Shown: positions 16,939 to 25,840, counted from the first letter of the stretch. The stretch: 56,228 bases of DNA from a virus (IMGVR_UViG_3300033076_000584:1-56228), one strand, 5' to 3'. Numbers and translations are program-made. The notes: generated from the sequence alone by a model not told the origin.

Positions 16939-17502
16939 ATGAGTGTGTATAAGAAGCTCAACGATGCCCGCACGATGGTGCATGCGCAGCCGTTGAAGAA
17001 GAGCGGCCGCAACACGTTTGCTGGCTATGACTATTTCGAACTGTCCGACTTTCTGATCCCGGCGCTGAACGCGTTTGAGATGGTTGGCCTGTGCGCCGTC
17101 ATCTCGTTTGATAACGAATATGCGACCATGCGGATCGTGGACATCGACACTGGCGAAGAGATCGTCATTACCTCTCCGATGGGCAGTGCATCCTTGAAGG
17201 GCTGCCATGAGGTGCAGAACATTGGCGCGGTTGAAACCTACCAGCGCCGCTATCTCTGGACGACCGCGCTCGAAATTGTGGAGCGGGATGCTCTGGAAGC
17301 CACAACCGGCCGCGACGCACCTGAGCCGAAGAAGGTTCTGGCTGACGACGCCCAGATTGCTGAGCTGATCACCATGATCGAGGTTACAGGCACCGACGTT
17401 GCCAGCCTGTGCCGCTTCTACAAGGTCGATGCCATCAAGCAATTGACCAAGGATCAGGCCGATCACGCAATTGCGTCCGTTAAGAAGAAGGTGTCGAAAT
17501 GA
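16939..17502 (+). CDS. erf: ERF-family single-strand annealing protein
   Basis: KKSGRN.FAGYDYFELSDF...QNIGAVETYQRRYL. Confidence 0.88.
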   Translation: MSVYKKLNDARTMVHAQPLKKSGRNTFAGYDYFELSDFLIPALNAFEMVGLCAVISFDNEYATMRIVDIDTGEEIVITSPMGSASLKGCHEVQNIGAVETYQRRYLWTTALEIVERDALEATTGRDAPEPKKVLADDAQIAELITMIEVTGTDVASLCRFYKVDAIKQLTKDQADHAIASVKKKVSK

Positions 17503-18113
17503 TTGAGCAGAACACACCCGAATGGCATCAGGCCCGTTGTGGCTCTCTGGGTGCCTCTGCCGTCCATGAAGCCCTCGCCAAGACCAAAACTGGCTGGGGT
17601 GCTGGCCGTGCCAATGCAAAGGCCCGTATCGTGCTGGAGCGCCTCACAGGCACGCCGCAGGAAAGCTTCACCAACGCTGCCATGCAGTGGGGCCATGATC
17701 AGGAGGACAACGCAGCCAATGCCTACGCCTTCCTGACGGGCAATGAGGTGCAGGTGTGCGGGATCTATAAGCACCCGTCGATTGAGGGTACGCACGCCTC
17801 GCCTGACCGCCTTGTGGGCGAAGAGGGCTTGGTAGAGATCAAGTGCCCAAATTCCGCCACACATCTCGACACGCTGCTGAGCAAGACAGTCCCGGCCAAA
17901 TACATCACCCAGATGCAGTGGCAGATGGCTGTCACCGGCCGCAAATGGTGCGACTTTGTCAGCTATGACCCCCGCTTCCCTGAGCATCATCAGGTGTTTG
18001 TGCAACGCGTCGAGCGGGACGACGAGCGCATCGCTGAGCTGGAAAAGGATGTGGCTGAGTTTCTGGCCGAGGTCGAAGCAGATCTGAAGGCGCTCGATGA
18101 AGGTCAATCATAA
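17499..18113 (+). CDS. YqaJ/lambda-type exonuclease
   Basis: EQNTPEWHQAR.G...AS, MQWG...E, ASPD....GLVEIKCP, QMQWQM...WCDFVSYDPR. Confidence 0.92.
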   Translation: MIEQNTPEWHQARCGSLGASAVHEALAKTKTGWGAGRANAKARIVLERLTGTPQESFTNAAMQWGHDQEDNAANAYAFLTGNEVQVCGIYKHPSIEGTHASPDRLVGEEGLVEIKCPNSATHLDTLLSKTVPAKYITQMQWQMAVTGRKWCDFVSYDPRFPEHHQVFVQRVERDDERIAELEKDVAEFLAEVEADLKALDEGQS

Positions 18114-18450
18114 ACGGATGAAGCCAAAGGCCGGTGCGGCCCCGACGGCTGAAGAGCGGCGCTTCATGGGCTGGGTGGCAGAGTGTGCCTGCCTTGCCTG
18201 TGGACGCCGTCCGGTGACCCTGCATCACGTGACCAGCGATGGCCACAAACGGATCTCACGCAGCCATAAGAGATTGGTTCCCCTGTGCGCCATGCACCAC
18301 CTGATCCAGCACGGCCCGACCATATCGGTTGAGGCTCTGGGCCATAAGGGGTTCAAGGAACGCTGGGGCGTCGATCTTCTGGCCGAGGCCGAAAGGCTTT
18401 GGGAGCAGTGGAATGAAGAGCATAATTCTAAAAACGAAGGCGCAGCGTGA
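18097..18450 (+). CDS. HNH-like zinc-binding protein (DUF968-like)
   Basis: CLACG...LHH...VPLCAMHH motif. Confidence 0.65.
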   Translation: MKVNHKRMKPKAGAAPTAEERRFMGWVAECACLACGRRPVTLHHVTSDGHKRISRSHKRLVPLCAMHHLIQHGPTISVEALGHKGFKERWGVDLLAEAERLWEQWNEEHNSKNEGAA

Positions 18451-18820
18451 CTATGCCAAGCAGCTCATTGACGAAGCCCCAGACAACTATGTGGTCTCGT
18501 TCAAAGAGCGCACCCGCAGCCTCGACCAAAATGCGCTTATGTGGGCGCTATTGGAAGACATTTCGGACGCAAAGCCCGGTGGGCGCGATCTGGACAAGGA
18601 AACATGGAAGGCAGTCTTCCTGTTCGAGATCGGCATCAAGGCACGTTTTGAGCCAAACCTTGGCGGGGACGGCATGGTTGTGATCCCGCCCAAGTCATCG
18701 ACTTTATCGGTCAGCCAATTCTCCGACCTGATCGAGTGTATCTATGCGTTTGGAGCAAACCACGGCATCGTATGGCGAGACTATACGCATGGCCTTATCG
18801 AAGAAAGAAACAACAAATGA
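18413..18820 (+). CDS. ninB: NinB/Orf-family recombination protein
   Basis: Start MKSIIL; RSLDQNALMWALL.DIS...WK..F...S.LSV.QFSDLIE.IYAFGA..GI.W. Confidence 0.85.
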   Translation: MKSIILKTKAQRDYAKQLIDEAPDNYVVSFKERTRSLDQNALMWALLEDISDAKPGGRDLDKETWKAVFLFEIGIKARFEPNLGGDGMVVIPPKSSTLSVSQFSDLIECIYAFGANHGIVWRDYTHGLIEERNNK

Positions 18821-19053
18821 GCGAACAAGTTAGTGCTGATGAGCTGCGTCTGCTGATCGAGCGGATTGAGGAGCTGGAGGCTGAAAAGCAGGAAATCATA
18901 GACTGTGTGAAGGAAACGTACAGCGAAGCCAAGTCACGTGGCTATGACACCAAGATCATGCGCCAGATCGTCCGCCTGCGGAAGATGGAAGCCCACGCCC
19001 GTCAAGAAGCCGACATGCTTCTGGACACCTATCGCGCAGCATTGGGGATCTGA
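18817..19053 (+). CDS. gapR: GapR-like nucleoid-associated protein (DUF2312)
   Basis: ELRLLIERIEELEAEK..I....KE.YSEAKSRGYDTKIMRQIVRLRK......E...LLD.Y..ALG. Confidence 0.9.
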   Translation: MSEQVSADELRLLIERIEELEAEKQEIIDCVKETYSEAKSRGYDTKIMRQIVRLRKMEAHARQEADMLLDTYRAALGI

Positions 19054-19055
19054 TC

Positions 19056-19415
19056 ATGCAGGTAATCACAATCAAGGGAAACATCGGCAAGGATGGCACC
19101 GTCAAGGACGTTCGCGGCCGGGATGTGTTGTCGTTCTCTGTCGGCGTAAAGCAGGGCTATGGCGATAACACGTCAACCAACTGGTACCGGGTGCAGGTGT
19201 GGGGCAAGATGGCCCAGACACTACTCCCCAAGGCCGTAAAGGGCGTGACGGTCATTGCGATGGGCAACCTTAAAGTTAGCGAATATCAAGGCAAGCCAAG
19301 CTTTGATGTTGACGTGGCCGACGCAAATCACGTTAATTTTGTTGGCGCGCCCAAGGCTGAGAGCCGACCGGCCGCTCCTGCGTTTGACGATCTATCGGAC
19401 GACGTTCCATTTTGA
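19056..19415 (+). CDS. ssb: Single-stranded DNA-binding protein
   Basis: GNIGKD, FSVGV, TNWYRVQVWGK; acidic DDVPF tail. Confidence 0.92.
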   Translation: MQVITIKGNIGKDGTVKDVRGRDVLSFSVGVKQGYGDNTSTNWYRVQVWGKMAQTLLPKAVKGVTVIAMGNLKVSEYQGKPSFDVDVADANHVNFVGAPKAESRPAAPAFDDLSDDVPF

Positions 19416-19426
19416 GGAGATGAGAC

Positions 19427-19660
19427 ATGGGGTGGTGGAATATCTTTGAGAACACGAAACGCATCAAGGAACTCAATGAGGAGCTGAACCTTTGCGCGGA
19501 GCACCGCAAGCAAGGCACCTTGGAGATCCAGAAGCTTCAGATCCTCAACGCAACTCTCAGGAGGGAAAACGAGATGCTGCGTAGGGATTTCCGCCACCTC
19601 ATGGAAAACACCCAGCCCCGCGATCCGAAGACGGGGCGCATGATAAAGAAGAGCAAATGA
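19427..19660 (+). CDS. Coiled-coil hypothetical protein
   Basis: 77 aa, SD GAGGAG, ends in PRDPKTGRMIKK. Confidence 0.6.
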   Translation: MGWWNIFENTKRIKELNEELNLCAEHRKQGTLEIQKLQILNATLRRENEMLRRDFRHLMENTQPRDPKTGRMIKKSK

Positions 19661-19869
19661 TCAGGACCAAACCCGAAGACGAAGCCCTCCTTGCCGCTCT
19701 CTTGGCTGCCACGCAGCCGGGGGCGGCAGTCTCTTATGACCTGCTTATGGCGGCGCACGACCGACTGAAAGAGCTCCTGAGGCAGAAGGGCGACATGTTC
19801 CAGCAGCTAATCGAGCAGATGGACGAGATCGACGCCCTAAAAGCAGACCTCGAAAAAAAATCACTCTAA
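19657..19869 (+). CDS. Hypothetical protein
   Basis: 70 aa, ATGA overlap. Confidence 0.55.
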   Translation: MIRTKPEDEALLAALLAATQPGAAVSYDLLMAAHDRLKELLRQKGDMFQQLIEQMDEIDALKADLEKKSL

Positions 19870-19951
19870 GTGCATTTTTCACTTTACAGAGGTAAATGCG
19901 GCGCGTAGGAGGGCTTTGTCAGGGCCGATGGCCCACAAACGGAGAAATGAC
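19851..19951 (+). promoter_or_regulatory. Early promoter + leader hairpin-RBS cassette, copy E
   Basis: CGAAAAAAAATCACTCTAAGTGCATTTTTC, TTTACA-17-TAGGAG, TGTCA-GGGCC-GAT-GGCCC-AC-AAAC-GGAG. Confidence 0.75.
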
Positions 19952-20350
19952 ATGGCACATCTTGAGTTTGCAGTCCGCAATGATCTGATTGATCTGGGCC
20001 TTGATAGCGACGGCGAGCAGGTCGTTGGTTTTGCCTTTTATGTTGTAGCAGAAGATTGTGAAGGTCGCCGTTGGGCGCATGATCGCCGCTTTCTGGATCG
20101 CGTAAAGGCTTACGATGCCGAGGAAGGTATTTCTTATTGGGCGCGTCGCAATCGTGATGCGGTTGAAGCAGCCGCCGAGCGCCTGCGCGCTCGCGTCGAA
20201 GCTCATGTCGATGCTGGTGGCGAGCTGACAGATGATTGCTGGTTTGAGATTGATCCAGCTTATGGCTCAGACGCTTATCAGGCTCTGGATGCAGGCGGTT
20301 ATTTCGCCGCTCGTGAGCGACATCAGGATCGTGAAGCTTATTTTGCTTAA
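19952..20350 (+). CDS. Early hypothetical protein (132 aa)
   Basis: Start MAHLEF after cassette E; W.EIDPAYGSDAY motif. Confidence 0.7.
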   Translation: MAHLEFAVRNDLIDLGLDSDGEQVVGFAFYVVAEDCEGRRWAHDRRFLDRVKAYDAEEGISYWARRNRDAVEAAAERLRARVEAHVDAGGELTDDCWFEIDPAYGSDAYQALDAGGYFAARERHQDREAYFA

Positions 20351-20355
20351 CTAAT

Positions 20356-20388
20356 AGGGGCTTCGGCCCCACCCTTTTGGAGGTGGAC
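20356..20388 (+). promoter_or_regulatory. Leader hairpin-RBS cassette, copy F (no promoter)
   Basis: GGGGC-TTCG-GCCCC-AC-CCTTTT-GGAGGT-GGAC-ATG. Confidence 0.65.
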
Positions 20389-20559
20389 ATGAAAACAGCA
20401 TCTTATTTCCCATGGCCAAGCAAGAAATGGGCGGTTCTCGTCATTGAGAACATTGCAGATGGCAAGCGGGAGAAGATTGAAGAGATCTTTATTCCGACAG
20501 ACAAACGAAAGGCGCGCAAGATTGCCGCTGAGCTCAACGCAACGCCGTGGAACTTCTAA
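20389..20559 (+). CDS. Hypothetical protein (56 aa)
   Basis: MKTASYF...KRKARKIAAELNATPWNF. Confidence 0.6.
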   Translation: MKTASYFPWPSKKWAVLVIENIADGKREKIEEIFIPTDKRKARKIAAELNATPWNF

Positions 20560-20714
20560 TGGGCATCTGGACGATCTGGGGCCGCAAGACGAACGGCAAT
20601 GTGGTCAAATGCTTCACATGGCGCGGAGAGCGCTCAGAGGGCCTCCAGAGGGCTTATATGGAGGCTAAGGATTGGGACTATGGCTTAGCCTATTGCTGGG
20701 CAGAAAGGGTGTGA
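20559..20714 (+). CDS. Hypothetical protein (51 aa)
   Basis: Manual translation MGIWTIWGRKTNGNVVKCFTWRG...; TAATG overlap. Confidence 0.5.
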   Translation: MGIWTIWGRKTNGNVVKCFTWRGERSEGLQRAYMEAKDWDYGLAYCWAERV

Positions 20715-20715
20715 G

Positions 20716-20788
20716 ATGAAAAAACGCACATTTAATGCTGGGCCATTTGAGGATGCGCTACAAATGCCCATCCCCGAAATGGTGTCAG
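20716..20788. terminator. Long imperfect hairpin where early (+) and late (-) transcription converge
   Basis: CCATTTGAGGATG...CATCCCCGAAATGG arms, with a T-tract further along the minus strand. Confidence 0.45.
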
Positions 20789-22258
20789 TTAAACGTCGTA
20801 CTTCTCAGAAAGTTCCTCAAGCTCAACGTGGCCGCCCTTCTGCATCAAAGGCATCTCGCCCTTGAGCATCTTTTCCATGACGATCTCAGGGGACACACCC
20901 AAGCGGTCTGCCGTGTACTTGATGCGGGCTTCAAACGTCTTCAAGAAGGGCTCTGCAACTGAACCAAGACCAGTGTCCTCTCCGCCGCCGACCCACATAG
21001 AGGCCTGATATTGAGCTGGAGACATGCCAAGCTTTTTGGCCTGATCCTGCTGCCATGCCTCGTAATACCCATATTCGTTTTCATTCGGCATAGACGCCCA
21101 GAAATTGGGCCGAGCCACAGCTTCATCCATAGAGATTGAGCCAGACTTGAGCCAATCCTGCGGACGATAAGTTACCTTGGGCTTTGGATTGTCCAGCTTG
21201 CTGGTAAACTCATCAATATCAGCGCCTTGCATATTGGGATATTGGGCGAGCAAATCAGCAATGATTTTCTGCCGATCATTTGCTTCTGGCTTAACCAGTT
21301 CATCAAAAGACGTTGCCAAGAAACGCGGATCTTGACTGATGATCCCCGGCAAACGGAAATTGTGCGTATCAATCGTGGCAACTTGTTGGTTGCCTTGCAG
21401 ATTGCTGGAAAAGCTTGCAGGCTTAGGGTTGTCGAAGATGTTCCAGCCGCCCTCTTCAGCAATGTTGCGGGCATGCTTAACGTGGCTGCTTTGAGCCACA
21501 GAGCCATAGCCCGGCGCTGGCTTGTCAGGCACAGGGATGCCGTTTTTCAACAGATAGTTGTAATACGACGCCATGCGGATGTTGTCTTGAACCTTAGCGC
21601 GCGGGCTGGTTGCTGCGACAATATCCATTAAACGAGAGTATTCAGCCGGGGCGCGGTCTTGGCCAACAGATGAAACCAAACGACGATAAAGCGGATCGGT
21701 GTTGTACCATTCAAGGCCGCCACGCTCTGCGCCGCGCTCCACTGTTTCGTTAATTCCACGAGCCACATCTTCGTTGGCCAAGGCATCCACGATGCGCGCA
21801 GAAGGGCCACGAGGGGCTTGATAGCGTTCAATCTGAAACTGGGGAACATCAGGCACTTGGCGTAGTTTGCTATAATCAAACATGGTGCCAAGATTGCCTT
21901 CGTTCGCAGCACGCCAGTCGGAAAATGACGGGGCACTCTTGTCCTTGGTAGATGTCGCAGCAAATACGTCCGCCGCCAAATCACGATTGGTGCCAGCGCC
22001 AGTTTTTAGATAGGCTGGTGCTTCGACCTTAGGGGTCGAGGATTTTGTTGCTTTAGGCTTAGACGCTTTCGGCGCTTCAGCTTTAGCGACAACGCTTTTG
22101 ACGGCTTTTGCCTCAGGAACCTTTTTAGCTTCACGCTGTACAGCCTTGCGGATCATGGCCTCATCAGCCTGATCGCCAAGAGTTTCCATTACCTGCTTAA
22201 CGAGCGGGCGACCAAAGTCCTTGTAAAGTTGTGTTAGAAATTTTGATGCAGCGCTCAT
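20789..22258 (-). CDS. Putative virion-delivered protein with a DNA-glycosylase-like (HhH-GPD/DUF7178-like) domain
   Basis: GLEWY...AATSP....N...PK..SF..NL.G....TIDTH..R...Y...PAQYQA..W; last gene of the ejection operon. Confidence 0.5.
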   Translation of the reverse strand: MSAASKFLTQLYKDFGRPLVKQVMETLGDQADEAMIRKAVQREAKKVPEAKAVKSVVAKAEAPKASKPKATKSSTPKVEAPAYLKTGAGTNRDLAADVFAATSTKDKSAPSFSDWRAANEGNLGTMFDYSKLRQVPDVPQFQIERYQAPRGPSARIVDALANEDVARGINETVERGAERGGLEWYNTDPLYRRLVSSVGQDRAPAEYSRLMDIVAATSPRAKVQDNIRMASYYNYLLKNGIPVPDKPAPGYGSVAQSSHVKHARNIAEEGGWNIFDNPKPASFSSNLQGNQQVATIDTHNFRLPGIISQDPRFLATSFDELVKPEANDRQKIIADLLAQYPNMQGADIDEFTSKLDNPKPKVTYRPQDWLKSGSISMDEAVARPNFWASMPNENEYGYYEAWQQDQAKKLGMSPAQYQASMWVGGGEDTGLGSVAEPFLKTFEARIKYTADRLGVSPEIVMEKMLKGEMPLMQKGGHVELEELSEKYDV

Positions 22259-22788
22259 TTGCCGGATCTCCGCTTAACGGTGAAGCCACCCTTCTTATAC
22301 TGTTTTGCAGGCTTTTTCACGCCAAACTTAGAAACCGCCTGTTTTGCTTTGCCGATGGCAGCTTTTCCGTACTGGCCTGCCTTGTTGGCAACGCCATAAC
22401 CAAGGGCCGCAAGCACGCCTTCTTCTAACATGCTGCGCGGCAGATCGGCCAACCCTTCAGCCTCGCCAGCGCCATATGCAGCGCCCATAGCTATTTCAGG
22501 GGCATAACGAGCAAGACGCGGCGCGCGGGCGGCCAATTGAGCCATGCGAGCGCCACCAACACCGGGCACCATACCCGGCAGGATCGAACCAGCGCCCTCA
22601 AAGGCAAGCGCCTCATAAGGGTTGGCCTCTTCATAGGCCTTCATTTCGCGCCGGATGCGAGCAACCTCACGAGAATAGGCAGACGGATCTCGCTGAGCGA
22701 GAGCGCGCAAGCCAGCCTCAATCTCATCACCAAAGGCAAACGTCACCCCCTTGGCAGTGGCTCGAGCTCGATCCTTAAATCCGGGCAT
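22255..22788 (-). CDS. Putative internal virion protein, paralogous to the N-terminal module of 22788..25148
   Basis: GVTFAFGDEIEAGLR...Y......IR.....Y....P..AL.. Confidence 0.65.
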   Translation of the reverse strand: MPGFKDRARATAKGVTFAFGDEIEAGLRALAQRDPSAYSREVARIRREMKAYEEANPYEALAFEGAGSILPGMVPGVGGARMAQLAARAPRLARYAPEIAMGAAYGAGEAEGLADLPRSMLEEGVLAALGYGVANKAGQYGKAAIGKAKQAVSKFGVKKPAKQYKKGGFTVKRRSGK

Positions 22789-25148
22789 TACTGAGGCTCT
22801 CCCGTGTCTGTGATCGTTCCGCCACCAAGGCCGCCCTTCTCAGCGATGTAGCGCTTAAACTCTTCCTGCTCTTGCGGAGACAGCTTGGCAAAATCGTCCC
22901 AGAATTGTTTCATGGCCAGATCAGGATCAACGGCGGCCCCTTGAGCCCCAGCGGGCATTGCAGCCAAACCACTGACAGTGACGCCAGTTGGCTCCTCATC
23001 AAGAGAGGGAAGCTTAAATTCAACAGGCTCTTCTTCTGGCATTTCCTCGCCCGGAGACGGCGCAGAGATGCGCGCAGTGGCCGTGCCAGCCTTAGATGCC
23101 TTACGCTCCAATGCCTCGCTGGCGGCCTTCTGTGCGGGCGCAGCCTGCTCAATTGCTGTCAGAACCTCGTCGATCTCATCAGGAGATCCAGCACGCAGCA
23201 TCTTGGCAAGTTGATTGAAGGTAGCCTTAGAGACGTTCGCATTGCGCATATCGTTCACCGCACGCAGCGTCCGCATGGCAATCGTCATCTTGGGGCTTGT
23301 CAGAAGATCAACAGCATTGGCGACGTTGCCCATGCCAATTTCTTCCTCGAGAGCCTGCTTTTCAGCGGCGCGACCAAAGGTCTGGCTGCCCTTGGTGATG
23401 CGGTTGATGCTGTCAAACAGCTCGCTCTCACGCTTCAGCGCGGCCTCAAATACCTTAAACTCGCTCGGGTCCATCAATGCCTTGAGGGAGTTGCGCGTGT
23501 TGTCGTTCTCGATGATGTTCTTAGCAAAGTTCTTGCGGTTGGCCGTGTTCTCAAAGCCCTGCATGACGTGCTGCACATAGCCCGTTTTAAAGGCCTGAAG
23601 CTCGCCCGGAGACAAGTCTTTGACCGCCTTGCGCACTTCCTGCCAGCGCATCTTTCCGCCCTGACGACCAAGTTCAAGGGCTTCTTTGATCTCGATGTCG
23701 CCCTTGTATTGCTGGCGCGCAGCCTTGTACTCTTCAGGGCCGATCTCATCGAGGCGCTTCACAAACGCATCGCGGATGCCCTTTAGAGCCGTGGCGTTAC
23801 CGCCCTGACCGCTGGCATAAAGTTCGTTAACGCGGCGATCCAGAGACTGCTTGATCTGATCAAGCGTGCGCATGTCAGGCGCTTCGCGGCCGGTCCCCTT
23901 CAAACCAACAAGCGCGCCCTCTTCATTGAGGACAGGCTCAAAGATTTCCTTCAGCTTAAACTGCGAGGGATCTTCGCCGCGCAGCAGCGCAGCAGACTGC
24001 TCACGGCGCACGTTTTCAAGGGCGCTCTGATAGGCTCCCCGGATGTCTGGGTCGTTCAAGATTTGCATGATGCGGGGATCTTTGACCTCAACATCCTTCC
24101 AGCCAGCGCCATAGTTCGCCTCAGCGTTGCTGCGCAGCGTCTTGAGGATCTGCTCTTCAGAAGCAAAATAGTCAGGCGTCGGGATGGCCGTGCGGACCTT
24201 TTCCTGCACGCGACCCTTTGCGTTCACCTGCTGCCCGATCAGACGTTCTGCAAGTTGCGCGCGCTCGTCGCTCGGGACATTGACAACGGTTTCTGTAAGC
24301 CGCTCCATCTCAGGCGTGGCAGTGCCCAGAACCGACGGGATGCCGTACTTTTGCTCAAGCTCGAGCAGTTGGCGAAACTCTTCTGGGGCCAATTCACTGC
24401 GAGACATGCGCTCAGCAAGGATGGATGCTGCACGACGGCCAGCCTCTTCTTCGCTCAAGCCAGCACCACGCGCAGCGATAACGTCGCGGCCAAAGTTGAC
24501 ACCCTTACCGATGCCATAGGCACCAGCGCCGAAGCCAGCGCCAAAGACAGTGTTCAAAGCAGCATTGGTCAGACGGCTTTCCAGATCTTCCCCTGACCCA
24601 GCTCCAGAAATAGCGCCCTGCGCAGCACCGCGTGCCATAACCCTCTTAACAGGAGATGCAATTTTGCTGATCCCTGTCGCAGCCTCAAAGCCACGGCCAA
24701 GCACATTGACGCCCGGAATGAAGGCAGACCCGATGCCGCCAGCGACATTCAGGCCCAGCGCAGTGCCGGGATAGGCTTCTGAGAACTTGGCGCGGCTCTG
24801 CCGAATGTCGCGCAAAATCTTGTCATAGTCTTCACCAGTTGCGGCAGCACGAACAGCCGCCTCTGCCTCATCGGCAAATTCAAAGGCAGCGCCACCGGCA
24901 ATTTCACGAGCGCCACCAGCCAAGGTTTCCCCAAGGCTCAGTTCAGGCGGCTCTTTCTCAAACGACGGCGGTTGCTCAGGATTGATGTTACCCCCCGGCG
25001 AGCGGAAGGTAGACAGCATCTGATCCAACTCTTCATCGCTGACATTCGCCAAATCAGATGGCGGAGCAGTCTTCGAAAGCAGGGCATCAAGCTCTTCATC
25101 AGAAAGCTGAGAAAGAGGCTTGTTCCACGCTGCAAGGGCGTCTGCCAT
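22788..25148 (-). CDS. Large ejection/internal virion protein
   Basis: 786 aa, helical, with G/A-rich hydrophobic segments; podovirus-like position after the nozzle. Confidence 0.65.
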   Translation of the reverse strand: MADALAAWNKPLSQLSDEELDALLSKTAPPSDLANVSDEELDQMLSTFRSPGGNINPEQPPSFEKEPPELSLGETLAGGAREIAGGAAFEFADEAEAAVRAAATGEDYDKILRDIRQSRAKFSEAYPGTALGLNVAGGIGSAFIPGVNVLGRGFEAATGISKIASPVKRVMARGAAQGAISGAGSGEDLESRLTNAALNTVFGAGFGAGAYGIGKGVNFGRDVIAARGAGLSEEEAGRRAASILAERMSRSELAPEEFRQLLELEQKYGIPSVLGTATPEMERLTETVVNVPSDERAQLAERLIGQQVNAKGRVQEKVRTAIPTPDYFASEEQILKTLRSNAEANYGAGWKDVEVKDPRIMQILNDPDIRGAYQSALENVRREQSAALLRGEDPSQFKLKEIFEPVLNEEGALVGLKGTGREAPDMRTLDQIKQSLDRRVNELYASGQGGNATALKGIRDAFVKRLDEIGPEEYKAARQQYKGDIEIKEALELGRQGGKMRWQEVRKAVKDLSPGELQAFKTGYVQHVMQGFENTANRKNFAKNIIENDNTRNSLKALMDPSEFKVFEAALKRESELFDSINRITKGSQTFGRAAEKQALEEEIGMGNVANAVDLLTSPKMTIAMRTLRAVNDMRNANVSKATFNQLAKMLRAGSPDEIDEVLTAIEQAAPAQKAASEALERKASKAGTATARISAPSPGEEMPEEEPVEFKLPSLDEEPTGVTVSGLAAMPAGAQGAAVDPDLAMKQFWDDFAKLSPQEQEEFKRYIAEKGGLGGGTITDTGEPQ

Positions 25149-25840
25149 TACTTACCTCCGCGACGGGCCTTTTCCGCCATAAGCTGGTCATAGGAATACG
25201 GTACTGTGCCCATACGCGCTTGCTGTCGAGCGATTTTAACAGCCTGCGAGACCTTATTGGCATAGGTTTGCGCAGCCTGCCGGAAGCGGTTCTCAGACGT
25301 GCTTGTACGCATTGTCTGAAGAGCCTTCATTGCGCCTTCCGCTTCCTTCTCAGACATGGCACCAAGCCCCTTGAGGGCTTCAATCGCTTGCGGGAAAGCT
25401 TCGCCCTGCGCTTGTTCAAGAAGGTTAGCAAAGTCTGCTGCCGAAGAGGCGGGGAAGTTTCCGATGCCAAATCCACCCTTCCACGGCTCAGGCAGACCAA
25501 CAGCCGCGCTCATGCCGCGATGCTTCATAAGCTGGCCAAGGGTGTTCAATGCGTTCTTTGCAGAACTTTCCACCTTGGGCAGGCTAAATTCAGCCTTTGC
25601 AGAGCTCTCGCCAATAACCTTGCCACGAGCAGCTTGGCGCTGGGCTTCGGCCTGCTCAGCGGGCGTAAGACGCTTCTGAGGCGGGTTTTCACGCAGGCGT
25701 TGAAGCTCAAGGGCGGCGGTCCGATTACGTAGATACTGACCCTCAAGATCAGCGAGGCTTTTGTTTTGCGCTGTGGTCGCCTTTTTGGAGATTGGAGCGT
25801 GGTACTTCGGATCGCTGAAATTAACAGAAGTGCCCATCAC
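25148..25840 (-). CDS. Putative ejection protein
   Basis: ALKGLGAMSEKE motif; translationally coupled. Confidence 0.55.
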   Translation of the reverse strand: MMGTSVNFSDPKYHAPISKKATTAQNKSLADLEGQYLRNRTAALELQRLRENPPQKRLTPAEQAEAQRQAARGKVIGESSAKAEFSLPKVESSAKNALNTLGQLMKHRGMSAAVGLPEPWKGGFGIGNFPASSAADFANLLEQAQGEAFPQAIEALKGLGAMSEKEAEGAMKALQTMRTSTSENRFRQAAQTYANKVSQAVKIARQQARMGTVPYSYDQLMAEKARRGGK

